From positions 38,567 through 55,733 of the forward strand of contig BCKQ01000026.1 of the NCBI GenBank assembly GCA_001600695.1: 17,167 nucleotides of DNA, given 5' to 3'. The DNA comes from Ascoidea asiatica JCM 7603 (lineage: Eukaryota > Fungi > Ascomycota). Numbering within the stretch: the first letter of the stretch is position 1; each line of letters starts with the position of its first letter. A model generated the notes under the pieces. That model made no database searches and was not told where the DNA came from. It worked only from the letters and a program-made list of their open reading frames with translations. A program made the position numbers and the translations under genes. Shown here one piece after another: positions 1 through 10,768 of this stretch.

Positions 1-273
1 GACAGATTTTTTGAAAACATAAAGTATTACAAATTAATAGGTTCAGTGATCGAGAAGTTACAATTTGCGATAGAAAGAACTTTTGAGAATGGTTTCAAAG
101 TTACTAAAAGATCTTCAAAAGATCTTCAAAATTCTCTAAAAATTCTTGGTCTAGGAACTTTACTTTTTAAAGAGTTGACAACGAAAAATATTGGTTTTCC
201 CATATTTGATCATTTGCTGTATTGCTTAAAAATTACTCAAGATCAATTTTTTGCTCATATTAATGATTCATGA
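1..273 (+). CDS. Possible 3' end of an unidentified gene or pseudogene entering from the left edge
   Basis: Frame 1 is open from base 1 to TGA at 271-273 (DRFFENIKYYKLIGSVIEKLQF...AHINDS*), 90 codons in AT-rich DNA. No recognisable motif. Confidence 0.3.
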   Translation, partial: DRFFENIKYYKLIGSVIEKLQFAIERTFENGFKVTKRSSKDLQNSLKILGLGTLLFKELTTKNIGFPIFDHLLYCLKITQDQFFAHINDS

Positions 274-1193
274 TATTTCAAAATTTAAGCATTAAATCTC
301 ACTTTTTTTTGAGATTTTGTTCTGTATGGATTGGCCATGGCTATAAGATTTGTAGCAAATTAGAACTAGTGTAGACTTTTCTTTTTTCGGCTACTGTACT
401 AAAATAGTTAGATTCAACATAAATGTAACGTAATCAATCAATAACCACAAATTTTTAGTTCAAGGAGATAAAAATATTGATTTGGAGTAAGATTCAGGTA
501 AATATTTATAATAAACTCCTCTTAGCTTGATTTTAATCATACTTGATTGTTTGAGATTTCGCCTTCTATGACAAAGCTGAGCAATTAATTTTTGTTTTCT
601 AGTATTTTAATTTTAAAGTTAAATATGGAAACTAGTATTAAAGAAGAATTTAATTAGAGCCTGTGTTTATGCATTTCAGAAAAGAATTTCATAGGCCCGA
701 ATGCTCTTGCAAAGTTTCTTACGATTTTTTTCCTAGCTAATACGTTATAACTTTAAAAATGAGAAAAAAAATGGGCTTATTTGTATTTAGATCAAACTTA
801 TTACTATTTTCCCATGAAATATTTACACTATTTTGCTAATCTAGAAAGCCTGTTCAATTATTTTTTTTATCAAATTATTAGAATGTAAAAAAGAAATAAA
901 ATCATCTGGAAAACAAAAGTCCAAAACCTTTCTTTTTTTTTAATTTGAAGCGTTTGTAGATTAATGCAAATAATATACAAACAGTAAAATTAGTATCCTA
1001 ACAAAAATAAAATTTAATCGGAATTTCTTTAAAATTGGATCTTAAGAGATTTCGAAGTTTAGTACTTCGTTTATCTTGAGCCAGCTACATTTTTTAACTG
1101 CTTCAGAGGTCACATTCTGCAGAATTTGAAAGTAGATCCATTTCTTGTTTATTACATAAAATATATTGTTTCAACTTAGTTTAACTGCAATGA

Positions 1194-1958
1194 TTATATA
1201 TGAGCGTTTTCATGATGTTCAAAATAAAATATATCTTCTTCCATTATTCTTGAGTTTTGAGATAAATACTTTTTGGAAACTCTTAAAGGCGCATTTTCCA
1301 AATTTACGTCAGTTTTTGGCTCAACTGCCATTCTTTTCTTTCCTTTCGGTTGTTTATGCTTCTTTTTCCTAATAGAAAATTTCATAGTTAGAGGCCTTAA
1401 TTTTGTCTTAGACGGTGCTTTTCTGGATTTTATAGGAGCAGAGTAGGAACTTGAGCACAAGTTCAAGTAATCCATTTTTGTGTTATACCCACTCCCAAAT
1501 CTAGTAGAAGCTGTTTTCGAGTCACCTTCTGAAGCATTGAAGCTATATATTAAATGCTCTTCTTCGTAAAGTACGTTTTCTAAATAAGCAAGATATTGAA
1601 AATAAGAATTGAAAAAAGAGCTTCGATTCCTCCACAAAAAAGATACAATTTTAGAAACGTCATCTGTAGTTCCATTTATTATCCTATTTAATGACATTCT
1701 TGCTATAATAAATTTGTTCCGAGGTTTTGATTTGATTTTTTTACCCTTCCTTTTGGTCTTCAGTGGCTCTTTATTTTTGCTTTGTTGAATATCATAGTTT
1801 ATGAAAGCGCACTCTTTTGCTTGTTTATTCTTGAATTGATTCGACGTTATACTTGATATAGCTGGAAAGCTTTTAGATTCGAGAAAAGATCCGTCTGAAT
1901 CAGTAGATTCTTCGAGCTGAAAGCATAAAGTGTTGTTACTCACAAATATATATTCCAT
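1194..1958 (-). CDS. MATa2: Mating-type HMG-box transcription factor a2-like (MATa2/MTLa2), 254 aa
   Basis: Residues ~78-140 (nt ~1539-1727) read KPRNKFIIARMSL...DVSKIVSFLWRNRSSFFNSYFQYLAYLE...H. This is the MATA-type HMG pattern (PRNxF..R; S+..s..W; Y..LA..E), preceded by a basic tract (KTKRKGKKIK). It co-occurs with an a1-type homeobox gene and does not match the alpha-box pattern (LNxFxAFRxYY). Confidence 0.8.
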   Translation of the reverse strand: MEYIFVSNNTLCFQLEESTDSDGSFLESKSFPAISSITSNQFKNKQAKECAFINYDIQQSKNKEPLKTKRKGKKIKSKPRNKFIIARMSLNRIINGTTDDVSKIVSFLWRNRSSFFNSYFQYLAYLENVLYEEEHLIYSFNASEGDSKTASTRFGSGYNTKMDYLNLCSSSYSAPIKSRKAPSKTKLRPLTMKFSIRKKKHKQPKGKKRMAVEPKTDVNLENAPLRVSKKYLSQNSRIMEEDIFYFEHHENAHI

Positions 1959-2302
1959 TTGAGATAATTTTTTAGCTATTAGTATGATTAAGCCCTTCTG
2001 TGAACAAGGTTTTAGTGTCTCTAAAAGTAATCTTGAAATCAGTGAAATATATTCTCAATAAGAATAAGTTTTCCAAAATATTATTACTAACATTACATTT
2101 GAAATTTCACTTAGTAAGGAGCCACTGACCCGTGGTTTTGGGTGGCAAAGAATATTCTCAAGTACTGGTACAGTCCTGAAGCTCCATTGCTAGAAAGGCT
2201 TACTTTGGAAAGCATTGCTATTTTTTGATTACACACAAAATTGAAATATTTCAATAAAAGTTGGGCTGACCTAAGTTTTTAACTTATCATGTAATCTTAA
2301 AC

Positions 2303-2310
2303 CACGTGAC
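2303..2310 (-). promoter_or_regulatory. GTCACGTG E-box (Cbf1/Tye7-type bHLH site) about 350 bp upstream of MATa2
   Basis: CACGTGAC on + is an exact GTCACGTG on -. Motif match only. Confidence 0.3.
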
Positions 2311-2365
2311 TTTCATAGTTAATTTTAGCTTACAAAGCTAAAGTAGAGATTTTTACAAACTGATT

Positions 2366-2411
2366 TAACGTGTAATTTCAGGTTTAGCGTGCAAAAACAA
2401 ATTACACGTTA
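2366..2411. repeat. 13-bp perfect inverted repeat with 20-bp spacer upstream of MATa2
   Basis: TAACGTGTAATTT (2366-2378) / AAATTACACGTTA (2399-2411), with imperfect pairing continuing outward. Confidence 0.7.
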
Positions 2412-3639
2412 TTTTGTCAGGTTCGTGTAAGTTTTTTTTGTTAAATTATAAGTTTTGCGCGCAAAAATAACTCCCCTTTTTAAAGTAAATTCAATCCACA
2501 ATTCCTCAACACGGTTAGTAAAAATAGTCTTCCGTCTTGTGGACATTTTTATAAAATCCCAAATTCATAAAACCGTTGTTATATAAAATTCAAAAACAAA
2601 TTCCATTTATAACGCTTTATTACGTGCAGATTTTGATGATAGCACGAGCCAGAGTACCGCTAAGTAAGTATTAGTGGTCAATCAGTAAATTCCGAGTGCT
2701 CCCAACCCTGAATGACTTTTATCAATATTTATCTGGAAGTCCAAGATTATTGGATGCAATATAATTTTTAACAACATCCATAAAACTGGCCTCCCAGTAA
2801 AAAATTGAAGAATTCCGCAATTTTGGTCTCAATTTACAAAATCCAAAATAATATTAAAATATTAATTAAATCCAAATAGATTATATCTACAATTGATATT
2901 CTATATTTATTGTATTTTTTTTGTTTCTTTCTATGTACTGTATATATATACGCATTTTTTATTCTACTTAATCTTTCTTTTTTCATTTCTTTTTTTTTTT
3001 GGATTACCGGTCACTCTATTATTTTCTTAATATTTTTATTAAAACTTATAGTTTCAACATTTATTCATATAACAATTATTCAATCATTATTATAAGGAAA
3101 TGACCTTCTATTTTAATTTATAAAAATCTTTGCAAACACAAATAAATATATACTTAAATTCAATTATTGCTTTATAATTTAAATTCAACATGGTTGTCTC
3201 TCGGAATTTCAAAATTTCATTATCAAATAACTATGGAAATGACAAATCTTCCCCAGAGAATTTACTTTGACATGTTCTTTCACATGTTCCGATTGATACA
3301 ATAAATCATTCAAACACCTTTATCGATGAAATCTGTTTACAATAAAAATGCTGATTGCCAAGACAGTATGTGCTGTTTAGCACTTTTATACGTGCCTCGC
3401 TGCAACATATCTGTTGGGATTCTTGAGACATAATGGAATAAATTAAGTTGGTTTAGTGTAACAATTACTAAGGTTCATGAACAATGATGTCAATATTATA
3501 ATTTGAATGATAATAAATATTAGGTATTAATATATGTAATTTAATAAATATAAAACTCGATAATTTCAAAGCGAAATAAAATTAAAAAGCGTGGAGACAA
3601 CAACAAACATATTTATATAGTTTTGGGTACATCGAGCAA

Positions 3640-4052
3640 TCAATTTTCTTCATCACTTGAAAAGTCAATAACTCTTAATTTTCGCTTTTTATTTTTAGTA
3701 CTTCTGTGGCCTCGGCGTAAAAATTCAGAGCTATAATTAACATCAAAACTCTCTAACAGCCAAGGCCAATTTTTAAAGGATAAACCATTCGGATTATTCC
3801 TTCATAGTTTGTTAATCAATTGCACTTTTGTTGAGTAATATTTGTGATACCAATATGGTTCTTCACAGCCGTTGAAAAGGAAATTATCCAATTTGTTTTC
3901 ATTTGAACTGGTCAATTATCTTCACAGTTTACCCAACGTTTTGGATTTAATGCTTTCTTCATAATTGATTCTTCCGATTGGCTACCAACCAGTGAGGGAT
4001 TAAAGGGAAATGCAACATTTGTTGCTTGTCAACAAGTAGGTGGAGCAGCCAT
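3640..4052 (-). pseudogene. Candidate decayed ~137-codon ORF of unknown family
   Basis: AAAAATGGCT start. Reads MAAPPTC*QATNVAFPFNPSLVG...KRWVNCEDN /frameshift near 3915/ LTSSNENKLDNFLFNGCEEPYWYHKYY...NKL*RNNPNG...KNKKRKLRVIDFSSDEEN*. Two in-frame TGA and one frameshift; flanked by AT-rich noncoding tracts. Confidence 0.4.
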
Positions 4053-4131
4053 TTTTAGTTGAAGTAATTTTAGTAATATTAGTGACTGAAGGAAAAGAAA
4101 AAAAAAAGAAAAAGATTAACTCAAATATTTT

Positions 4132-4171
4132 TGACAACGAGTGACAACGAGCACCAACAACTGACAACACA
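4132..4171 (+). repeat. 10-bp-period tandem repeat, 4 units (3 with TGACAAC)
   Basis: TGACAACGAG TGACAACGAG CACCAACAAC TGACAACACA. Confidence 0.7.
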
Positions 4172-4206
4172 TATATTGAACATCCAACATTCAATATAAA
4201 AAATAA

Positions 4207-4214
4207 GTCACGTG
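4207..4214 (+). promoter_or_regulatory. GTCACGTG E-box (Cbf1/Tye7-type site) upstream of the AGE1-like gene
   Basis: Exact GTCACGTG. Motif match only. Confidence 0.3.
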
Positions 4215-4425
4215 TCATAGTTGAAATATATTTGAATTAAACTTAAAAGAAATAAAAATAAAGAAATAATAATTGCCTGTAAAAGCATAAAAAGAAAAAG
4301 TAAAATAAATGAAAACAATTTTAACAATATCATTGGGCATCCTGCATTTAAACTACGTAACATTACTGGTAAGCAAATAAATAGTAACTTCCTAATAGCT
4401 AATAGTTAAATGTAAAGTCTTCTCT

Positions 4426-4432
4426 CGGGTAA
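4426..4432 (+). promoter_or_regulatory. Reb1-type site (CGGGTAA) about 430 bp upstream of the AGE1-like ATG
   Basis: Exact CGGGTAA followed by T-tracts, a typical yeast nucleosome-depleted-region layout. Motif match only. Confidence 0.3.
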
Positions 4433-4863
4433 GAACAGGTTTTTTATCACGTTTTTTGTTTTACTATTTTGGCGATAAAGTACTGTACAGGTCGCATCTA
4501 TTGTTTGCTTTGTTTGGATCTACATGATTAAGTGTGTGAACTGATAATATTGATCACCTGTTAACTTTTATCATATTATCAGACATTTTTGTTGTTGTTA
4601 AATTCTATGGATGTTAGAGTTATTATCAAAAAAGAAAGAATGTTGACGATTGTCAAACACTATTATTTGGGATAACACTAATAATTTTTTTCCTAATATT
4701 CTACTAACTAAATTCCAAGGAATAAGTTGTTTGTTGAATTATTCTTCTTTGGGTAGCCTATTTATAAATTTTGCAACATTCAGAGTTTTAACTCGAGATA
4801 TATGAAGAAATCAACTTGAATCCGATAATATTTTATTATTTCTACCTAAAAACAATATTTATT

Positions 4864-7800
4864 ATGGGACAAGTTTATAGCAAAGAAAAAGATAAAATAT
4901 CTTCCAAAAGAAATGTCCATCTTGCTCTTTCAAATTCTAAATCATTTAGTATCAATAAAATGATCATAAAAAGAAGAAAGCAGTTAGCAGAAAGCAATTC
5001 TGTTTCTGGTGAAACTTTACCGGGAGTTATACAAATAACAAACGTAGATAGTGAATTAGTAGTACAAGGATTTGAGGGGGAGAAGAAACTACCATGCCAG
5101 TTTATACAAAATATGGATATAGAAGAATTTTTTTCTGCTTTTTTGCTTCAAATTCCATCTTTTTCTAGAATTGGCTTTATTTTTGAATCATCACAAGAAT
5201 TTTTAGACACCATGCAGAAATCAGAGAAAAATTTGCATCAAAGTGCTCCTAATGATTTTCTGTTTTCGGAAGAATTTAGTTTCGAACCTACTGGCTTTGA
5301 AAGCAAATTTAATGGTAAGCAGACTGAATTATCTGAAAGACACAATTCAGATCCGAGCCCAAGTGATAGTTGTCTTCGTAATAAATCCAAATCACCTCAT
5401 AATTCGCCAAGGGCTTTTCAGATGGAAAAACCAGAAATTACTGGCCCAGCTGAAGTATCAACCATTTTGGTTTTCAAGCTGTTGTTAATGGTAAGAGGAA
5501 GATGTCTTTCTGACGTCAAAGCTAAACTAGATATTGTTAGAAATGGAGGATTATTGCCAGACGATCTCGATCCTGATATTAAAATAATTGGAGATGTCTT
5601 TAAGGAAACAGATTTTTCTGTTGATACTATTGAGCAAAACATCAACCCTTCAAAAGATTCAATCCAACTCACTGATACTACACATCTCTCATTTTCGAAT
5701 ATAAAAAAGTCATTCAAGTTTTCATTTGTCTATGATGTACCGTTGGATTCAAGTGGAAAATATATTTATTCTATTTATTCCCAGAATCCAAGAGATGATT
5801 CTTTCGTTGAACTTGCTACTTTTTGCTTATGGGTTACTCGATCAATATTATTAGGAGATGCTCCTCTTTTTCCAATAAATAAGACCCAAAGTGAAACTTT
5901 GATGGAAAAGCCACTCAGGGAAGTGTTAACAGATAGTTCAAAAACAGTGAATAATCTCAATGACCATGAGGAATTTTTTCCGAAAACCGCTCTTGGTAAA
6001 TTATTATTTGAAATACAGAATAACTCTTCAAATTCCGCTTCAAGTATTTATTTGAATGATGTTTCGCAATTAAAAGAAGCTACTACATTTTGCTGGGAAT
6101 TAAGTAGTCAGACAAATGATATATTGAAAGAAAAAAGCTCTATGGACAAAATTTTCTTAAATTATCTTAATAAATTAAAATCATTATGTTTAATAGTCGA
6201 GCATTTAATTGAGTTCTCAAAGAAAAAACGATTTGGTTATGCTTTGCAAAAACTTATGAGTAAGTTGCTTGATATATTTACCATTCGAGTGAGTTTGCTT
6301 CAAGAGGAACAGGATATTTTTAATATTTCTTTTAGCAGACTAGTCGAGAGTTTTTCGATAAGCTCAATCGATAATTTTTTAAAAGCAAGCAAATCAGCAA
6401 TGGTAGATGCAGAAAACTACAATTTTTCTATAAAATCGTACATGGATGAGCTTTCAAATCCTCCAGATAGATCTCTGGAGATTCATTTGTCAACATTAAC
6501 CAAGGGAATAAATGTCATGGAACTATCGAGTATCAAACAAAAACCCTCCACTCATTATTTATCAAAAGTTGGAAAAGCTTTTCAATTGTTAGATCAATGC
6601 CTTTTGGAATTAGAATCTGGTGATCAGGACATCTCTATAAATATTGATCAGAGTTTGATTAACAAATCTTTGTTCCTTTCCTATATGAAATTGATTAGAA
6701 ATATTCTTCTGAATTCATTTCGGGATAGGCTAAATTCTAATATGGTGTCTAATTTAAACACATGCATCCAGTATTATAGCAAATTATTCGATCAGTTGAT
6801 AGAAGCAGAGAGGCCTCAGAAGAAACCTGTAACTAACCTGAAAGTTGATTCCTTTCAATTGAACCCGGAAGATTCCTTCAATTCAAGTGCTTCAGAAAAT
6901 TTACTGTGTTCTAGAGGGAGTTTTAAACCTACATCTCTTAGAAGTGAAGAAAATAAACCTTCAAGAGAAGGTGTCTTATGGTGTTATGAAGCAGGTGGAA
7001 AGCCTGGATGGCAAAAGCAGTGGGTATCATTATCAAATGAAAATTTAAAAGGTTATGTTGGAATAAAAGATGGAGAATTAAAGTTGGTCTCAAGCTTTTG
7101 CTGTTATTCTGGAACTGTTAGAAGCTCTGATTTCTTAAATGACAGAAGATTTTGCTTTGAGGTAAAAACAACAACAGGCTCTAAATTGTTTCAGGCTTCA
7201 TCTGAGGCTGACAGAGATTCTTGGTTAGCTGCTATAAAACTTGTTTTAAATCAAAATAATATCCTCGGAAATATACCTAAAAGCCGACATTCTCAAAACT
7301 CTAAAAATAACTCATTGTCATCTCCAAAATCAAAATTGAAAGATGTAGTACCTTTTAAAGAAGAGAAATTTTCTGCTCTGCCAGTTAATGAAGTTAACTT
7401 TCTTCGACTAGTGAGAGAGAATGACGAAAGCAATAAATATTGTTGTGATTGTGGGTCCGAAAAGTCAGTTGAATGGATTTCAATAAATTTATTAGTTGTA
7501 CTTTGTATAGATTGTGCTGGTGTTCATAGAAGTCTCGGAGCTCATATAACCAAAATAAGGTCCCTTACTTTGGATATTTCAGTTTTCACTCCAGAAATTG
7601 TTAAATTATTACATTCTGTTTGTAATAGGCTAGCAAATTCCTACTGGGAATTCTTGTTGCAAGACAAACGCAAATTAATTTTTCCCACCGTTTCTGCTGC
7701 TATGCGATCAGACTTTATATCAAATAAATATAAGAAAAAGTTGTATATTGAGCATGATATAAAAGTTAATAATCATCTTATTTATGGGATACATTCAAAT

Positions 7801-8193
7801 AACGTTCTTTTGATATTGAGATCATTGGCTAATAATGGAAATCCTAACATGCTTGTTATAAAAGGTAAGAATAAAGAAGTAGAGTCTACATTATTGGAGT
7901 ACTCTTTGACACATTTTTCTGGAAGCAAAGAAACTCCAGTGTTTGATATTGCTGAGCTTTTGATTATTAATGGTGCATCTGTAGGAACAATAGTGTCCAA
8001 TAATCTAGACCTACTTCCCCTAGCAAAATCCTTTTGGCAATCTAAAATTGACCGATCTTTAGGTCTTACATCTTCAATTTCAAAACTGAATGAGGCAGCA
8101 GAAAATATTGGATCTTCTCAAAAAGTGCCAAATTCTATATTCAGACAGCCCCTTTTTAAAACCAGATTGCAGGTTCCTCTGAAGCGAAAATAA
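4864..8193 (+). CDS. AGE1: ArfGAP with PH domain and C-terminal ankyrin-like region, probable BAR-like helical region (centaurin-beta/AGE1/Csx2-Cnt5 type), 1109 aa
   Basis: First ATG is at 4864 (the track starts at an upstream TTG). PH domain ~6964-7240 (REGVLW...WQKQWVSL...RRFCFEV...[16 protein letters not shown]). ArfGAP zinc finger from 7444, CDC-x17[24 protein letters not shown], with the catalytic Arg intact. Ankyrin-like [10 protein letters not shown]. The domain call is firm; the AGE1 orthology is less certain. Confidence 0.88.
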   Translation: MGQVYSKEKDKISSKRNVHLALSNSKSFSINKMIIKRRKQLAESNSVSGETLPGVIQITNVDSELVVQGFEGEKKLPCQFIQNMDIEEFFSAFLLQIPSFSRIGFIFESSQEFLDTMQKSEKNLHQSAPNDFLFSEEFSFEPTGFESKFNGKQTELSERHNSDPSPSDSCLRNKSKSPHNSPRAFQMEKPEITGPAEVSTILVFKLLLMVRGRCLSDVKAKLDIVRNGGLLPDDLDPDIKIIGDVFKETDFSVDTIEQNINPSKDSIQLTDTTHLSFSNIKKSFKFSFVYDVPLDSSGKYIYSIYSQNPRDDSFVELATFCLWVTRSILLGDAPLFPINKTQSETLMEKPLREVLTDSSKTVNNLNDHEEFFPKTALGKLLFEIQNNSSNSASSIYLNDVSQLKEATTFCWELSSQTNDILKEKSSMDKIFLNYLNKLKSLCLIVEHLIEFSKKKRFGYALQKLMSKLLDIFTIRVSLLQEEQDIFNISFSRLVESFSISSIDNFLKASKSAMVDAENYNFSIKSYMDELSNPPDRSLEIHLSTLTKGINVMELSSIKQKPSTHYLSKVGKAFQLLDQCLLELESGDQDISINIDQSLINKSLFLSYMKLIRNILLNSFRDRLNSNMVSNLNTCIQYYSKLFDQLIEAERPQKKPVTNLKVDSFQLNPEDSFNSSASENLLCSRGSFKPTSLRSEENKPSREGVLWCYEAGGKPGWQKQWVSLSNENLKGYVGIKDGELKLVSSFCCYSGTVRSSDFLNDRRFCFEVKTTTGSKLFQASSEADRDSWLAAIKLVLNQNNILGNIPKSRHSQNSKNNSLSSPKSKLKDVVPFKEEKFSALPVNEVNFLRLVRENDESNKYCCDCGSEKSVEWISINLLVVLCIDCAGVHRSLGAHITKIRSLTLDISVFTPEIVKLLHSVCNRLANSYWEFLLQDKRKLIFPTVSAAMRSDFISNKYKKKLYIEHDIKVNNHLIYGIHSNNVLLILRSLANNGNPNMLVIKGKNKEVESTLLEYSLTHFSGSKETPVFDIAELLIINGASVGTIVSNNLDLLPLAKSFWQSKIDRSLGLTSSISKLNEAAENIGSSQKVPNSIFRQPLFKTRLQVPLKRK

Positions 8194-9065
8194 CTACAAT
8201 ACTTTGATTTTACAAACAAGTTTATTATCTTTTTTCTGAAAGTCTGAAAGATCAATCTAAATCCATATATAAATTTGAAATTAGATTTTTCTATAGTTCT
8301 GAATAGCACTTCAAATGTAGATATTTGCTTCTGTGGTCTTTTGATTATCAGTACTATTTTGAAAAGGAATGCCGCTATTCAGGAACAAAGCGAGAATTTT
8401 CTCATTCATTTTTCATTTGAAGCAGAAATACTATTATTTGAATAGTTTATAAATAAGAGCTGCAGTCCAAATAAATGAAATTATTACTAATGAAGTTAAT
8501 ACAAAGCATAATGTCTACTCTTGTGAAAATAAGAGGATGACCATCACAATAACGAAAAAAAGGAATTATAGCCAATTTGATAGGTTGAATAAGTCTATTG
8601 ATATCATCTCTTTGCTTGTTGAAAAGTAGATGATCATTCACTTATTGTTTTCATACTAAGTAAGCTCAAAAATTAAACCGTAGATTGATCGATAATTCAT
8701 TTTTTAGTGAAAATTGATGTCGCTTTTCTTATATTTGCTTGATCATAACAGATATAAATATAATATATTCAGTGCTACATAATCTTTCTTTCGCTAGCGT
8801 TTCTCAGTTAGCAAGTCTATTTAAAAATAAAATACAAAAGAAAAAAAAGTTAATAATTAGTAAATGAAATTAACACTTCTTAAGATCCTATTTCATTAAG
8901 AACTGAAAGACTATTTTTATATCACCTAACAGTTTTCATAACTAATTATTGATGTATTGATGGTACATAGGTATGGTTATAGTGGGACTGTTTTAAAACA
9001 ATAATTTCCATTAAGTTTGCACTCTAAAAAAGTCTTTTAATTATGTCTTTGCTTTTCTTCAAATA

Positions 9066-9229
9066 CAAACACAGGCCCTCTATAAACTGAACATCGGAAA
9101 GCGCAGATCCCCAAACATCCACATCCAATTGCCATCCATCATCCATACTGCCATTTCCCTGCCATCCACCGTGTTTCAGGTTCTGTGTATAATTCCCGCG
9201 TTCAGTTTATAGAGGGTCTCCAAACACAG
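9066..9229. repeat. Foldback element: ~46-bp imperfect inverted arms (17-bp perfect core) around a C-rich CATCCA-repeat loop, flanked by a 9-bp direct repeat (MITE-like or structured RNA)
   Basis: CCCTCTATAAACTGAAC (9076-9092) / GTTCAGTTTATAGAGGG (9200-9216). Arms extend imperfectly over ~9073-9117 / 9172-9219. CAAACACAG occurs at 9066-9074 and 9221-9229. Confidence 0.75.
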
Positions 9230-10768
9230 AGTTGTGTTATGAATATTTCCTATAAACGAAAGCAAAAATTTATCTATTACACTCACTTTTATTTCTGAAT
9301 TATCAATATTAAAAGACTTTTTTTTCCAACTTATTCAGTATTATTAACGTTACGATAACAAAAAAATAGTTGTGCCAGTAACGTGGTGCTACAGAGAATA
9401 TGGCTCCAAAACAAGCATCTTAAAGGAAATTTATTTGGGCTAAACGATAGGATGGAGATTACTTGTGGCCAGGCTTCCTTTTTACAGGGACAGCAATCAC
9501 CCAAAAAGAATTCGTCCCCTCAGACGATTTTATCGGGTTGAAACAGCTCATAAAAACAATTTGTAGCATATCCCAAACTAGAAAAATTAATTATGATTTT
9601 AAATATTTAAAAAGAACCGTATGATTCAACTACTTAAGAGCTTTCCAAAAAAAACTTATCAAGCTCAAATAACATTTCAAAATTACACTGGCTTCGAAAA
9701 TCTCTTCGCTAAGAGTTGTTCTACTATCAGTGTGAATGTTTCCTGGAAATGAGAACAATCTTTCGGTAGAAGTGGTAGTAGCCTGAACAGCTACGAGCTG
9801 AAAAACCACATCAAAATGAAAGGGACATTGCTTTCCTATACAATTCCGGAATTCAACTATTTTTACTGAATTGTTTTATGTGTTTCTGAAAACAAAAGAA
9901 CTTTGGCATTTTTCAAATTGAGCTGGTGAAAATTATTCTAATGTATTCCTTAGTAATCAAACTACAATTCCGGGATATTCAGATGTATTCCTCAAAAAAA
10001 TGCTCAATTAGGTAATTACGAAGCGGAAATCAAACCGTAGTCTGGTAATGGCGGAAAATGATTACTTTGATTACTTTCTATTCACCCTACTTACCATAGC
10101 TCATTATAAATGGACAAAAAAAAGGCAGATATATTCTACAACTCAGAAGATAAAAATTCTGTTCCGAAAAGTTTTTTATCAAAGACTTTCACGTGTAATA
10201 TTTTTTAAACAAAGCAAAAAAAATTGTTAAACTTTTTTTTGAGTTGATAGAATTTAGAATATTTGTTCTAGTTTCAAAGGGTAATCTTATTCAAATATTT
10301 TATTCACTAAGTTGTAAGAATATCCGCCTTTTTTTGTCCATTTATGATGAGCTATGTCAGTTTGGTTATTATCAGCATGATCTCAGTTGAAGTCAAAATA
10401 TGCTTGAGATGTTTTTTCCGTCCTCCGGAAATCTAAGGTTCTTTGACTTTTGATGCAACAGGTAAAAGATCTTTGAATTGTTACAAGACTAACAATAAAA
10501 TATTTAGCCGGTAAACTGTTAAAAATCATTTTCTTTGAAATTAATGAACAGATAACTTTGATTATTAACATTTAGAACTCTTTTTAAAAAACAAAGCAGA
10601 CCTCAAGCAAAATAAATGCTAAATTAAAAACATTTCTTCTGAAAAAAGAAAATAGTACCTAAAGTTTATTAATACACAATTAACTGTTATCCATAAAGTT
10701 TTTGAAAGTTACATTTTAGTAAAAAAGTAAAGTCAGATTCTATTCCTTGTTCTATAAACTTATCTATT

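Noticed and set aside
2689-2718. Minus-strand peptide KSFRVGST resembling the tyrosine-recombinase HSFRxG motif
   Set aside because: It lacks the His, is flanked by stops, and no other recombinase motifs are visible.
2910-3095. 61-aa Phe/Ile-rich ORF
   Set aside because: Translation of a T-rich noncoding tract with a non-ATG start.
3190-3440. Plus-strand broken frame MVVSRNFKISLSNNYG... as a second pseudogene
   Set aside because: Stop density is close to random for AT-rich DNA and there is no recognisable motif.
4000-4218. 72-aa minus ORF ending in a CaaX-like CISL as an a-factor pheromone precursor
   Set aside because: Too long and unlike a-factor precursors, and it runs through a poly-T tract (FFFFF) and a tandem repeat. 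I found no other CaaX micro-ORF by eye, but the scan was not exhaustive.
4207-4330. Point centromere (CDEI GTCACGTG followed by an AT-rich tract)
   Set aside because: No CDEIII TTCCGAA-type element at the expected distance; better explained as a promoter E-box.
5243-8309. Small alternate-frame or antisense ORFs overlapping AGE1 (5243, 5418, 5775, 7782, 8118)
   Set aside because: Shadows of the long real CDS. The same applies to 1166..1372, 12793..13068, 14396..14671 and 16422..16664.
9539-9545. TGAAACA pheromone-response element upstream of STE20
   Set aside because: Isolated match more than 1.2 kb from the ATG; the few others in the window are scattered rather than clustered.
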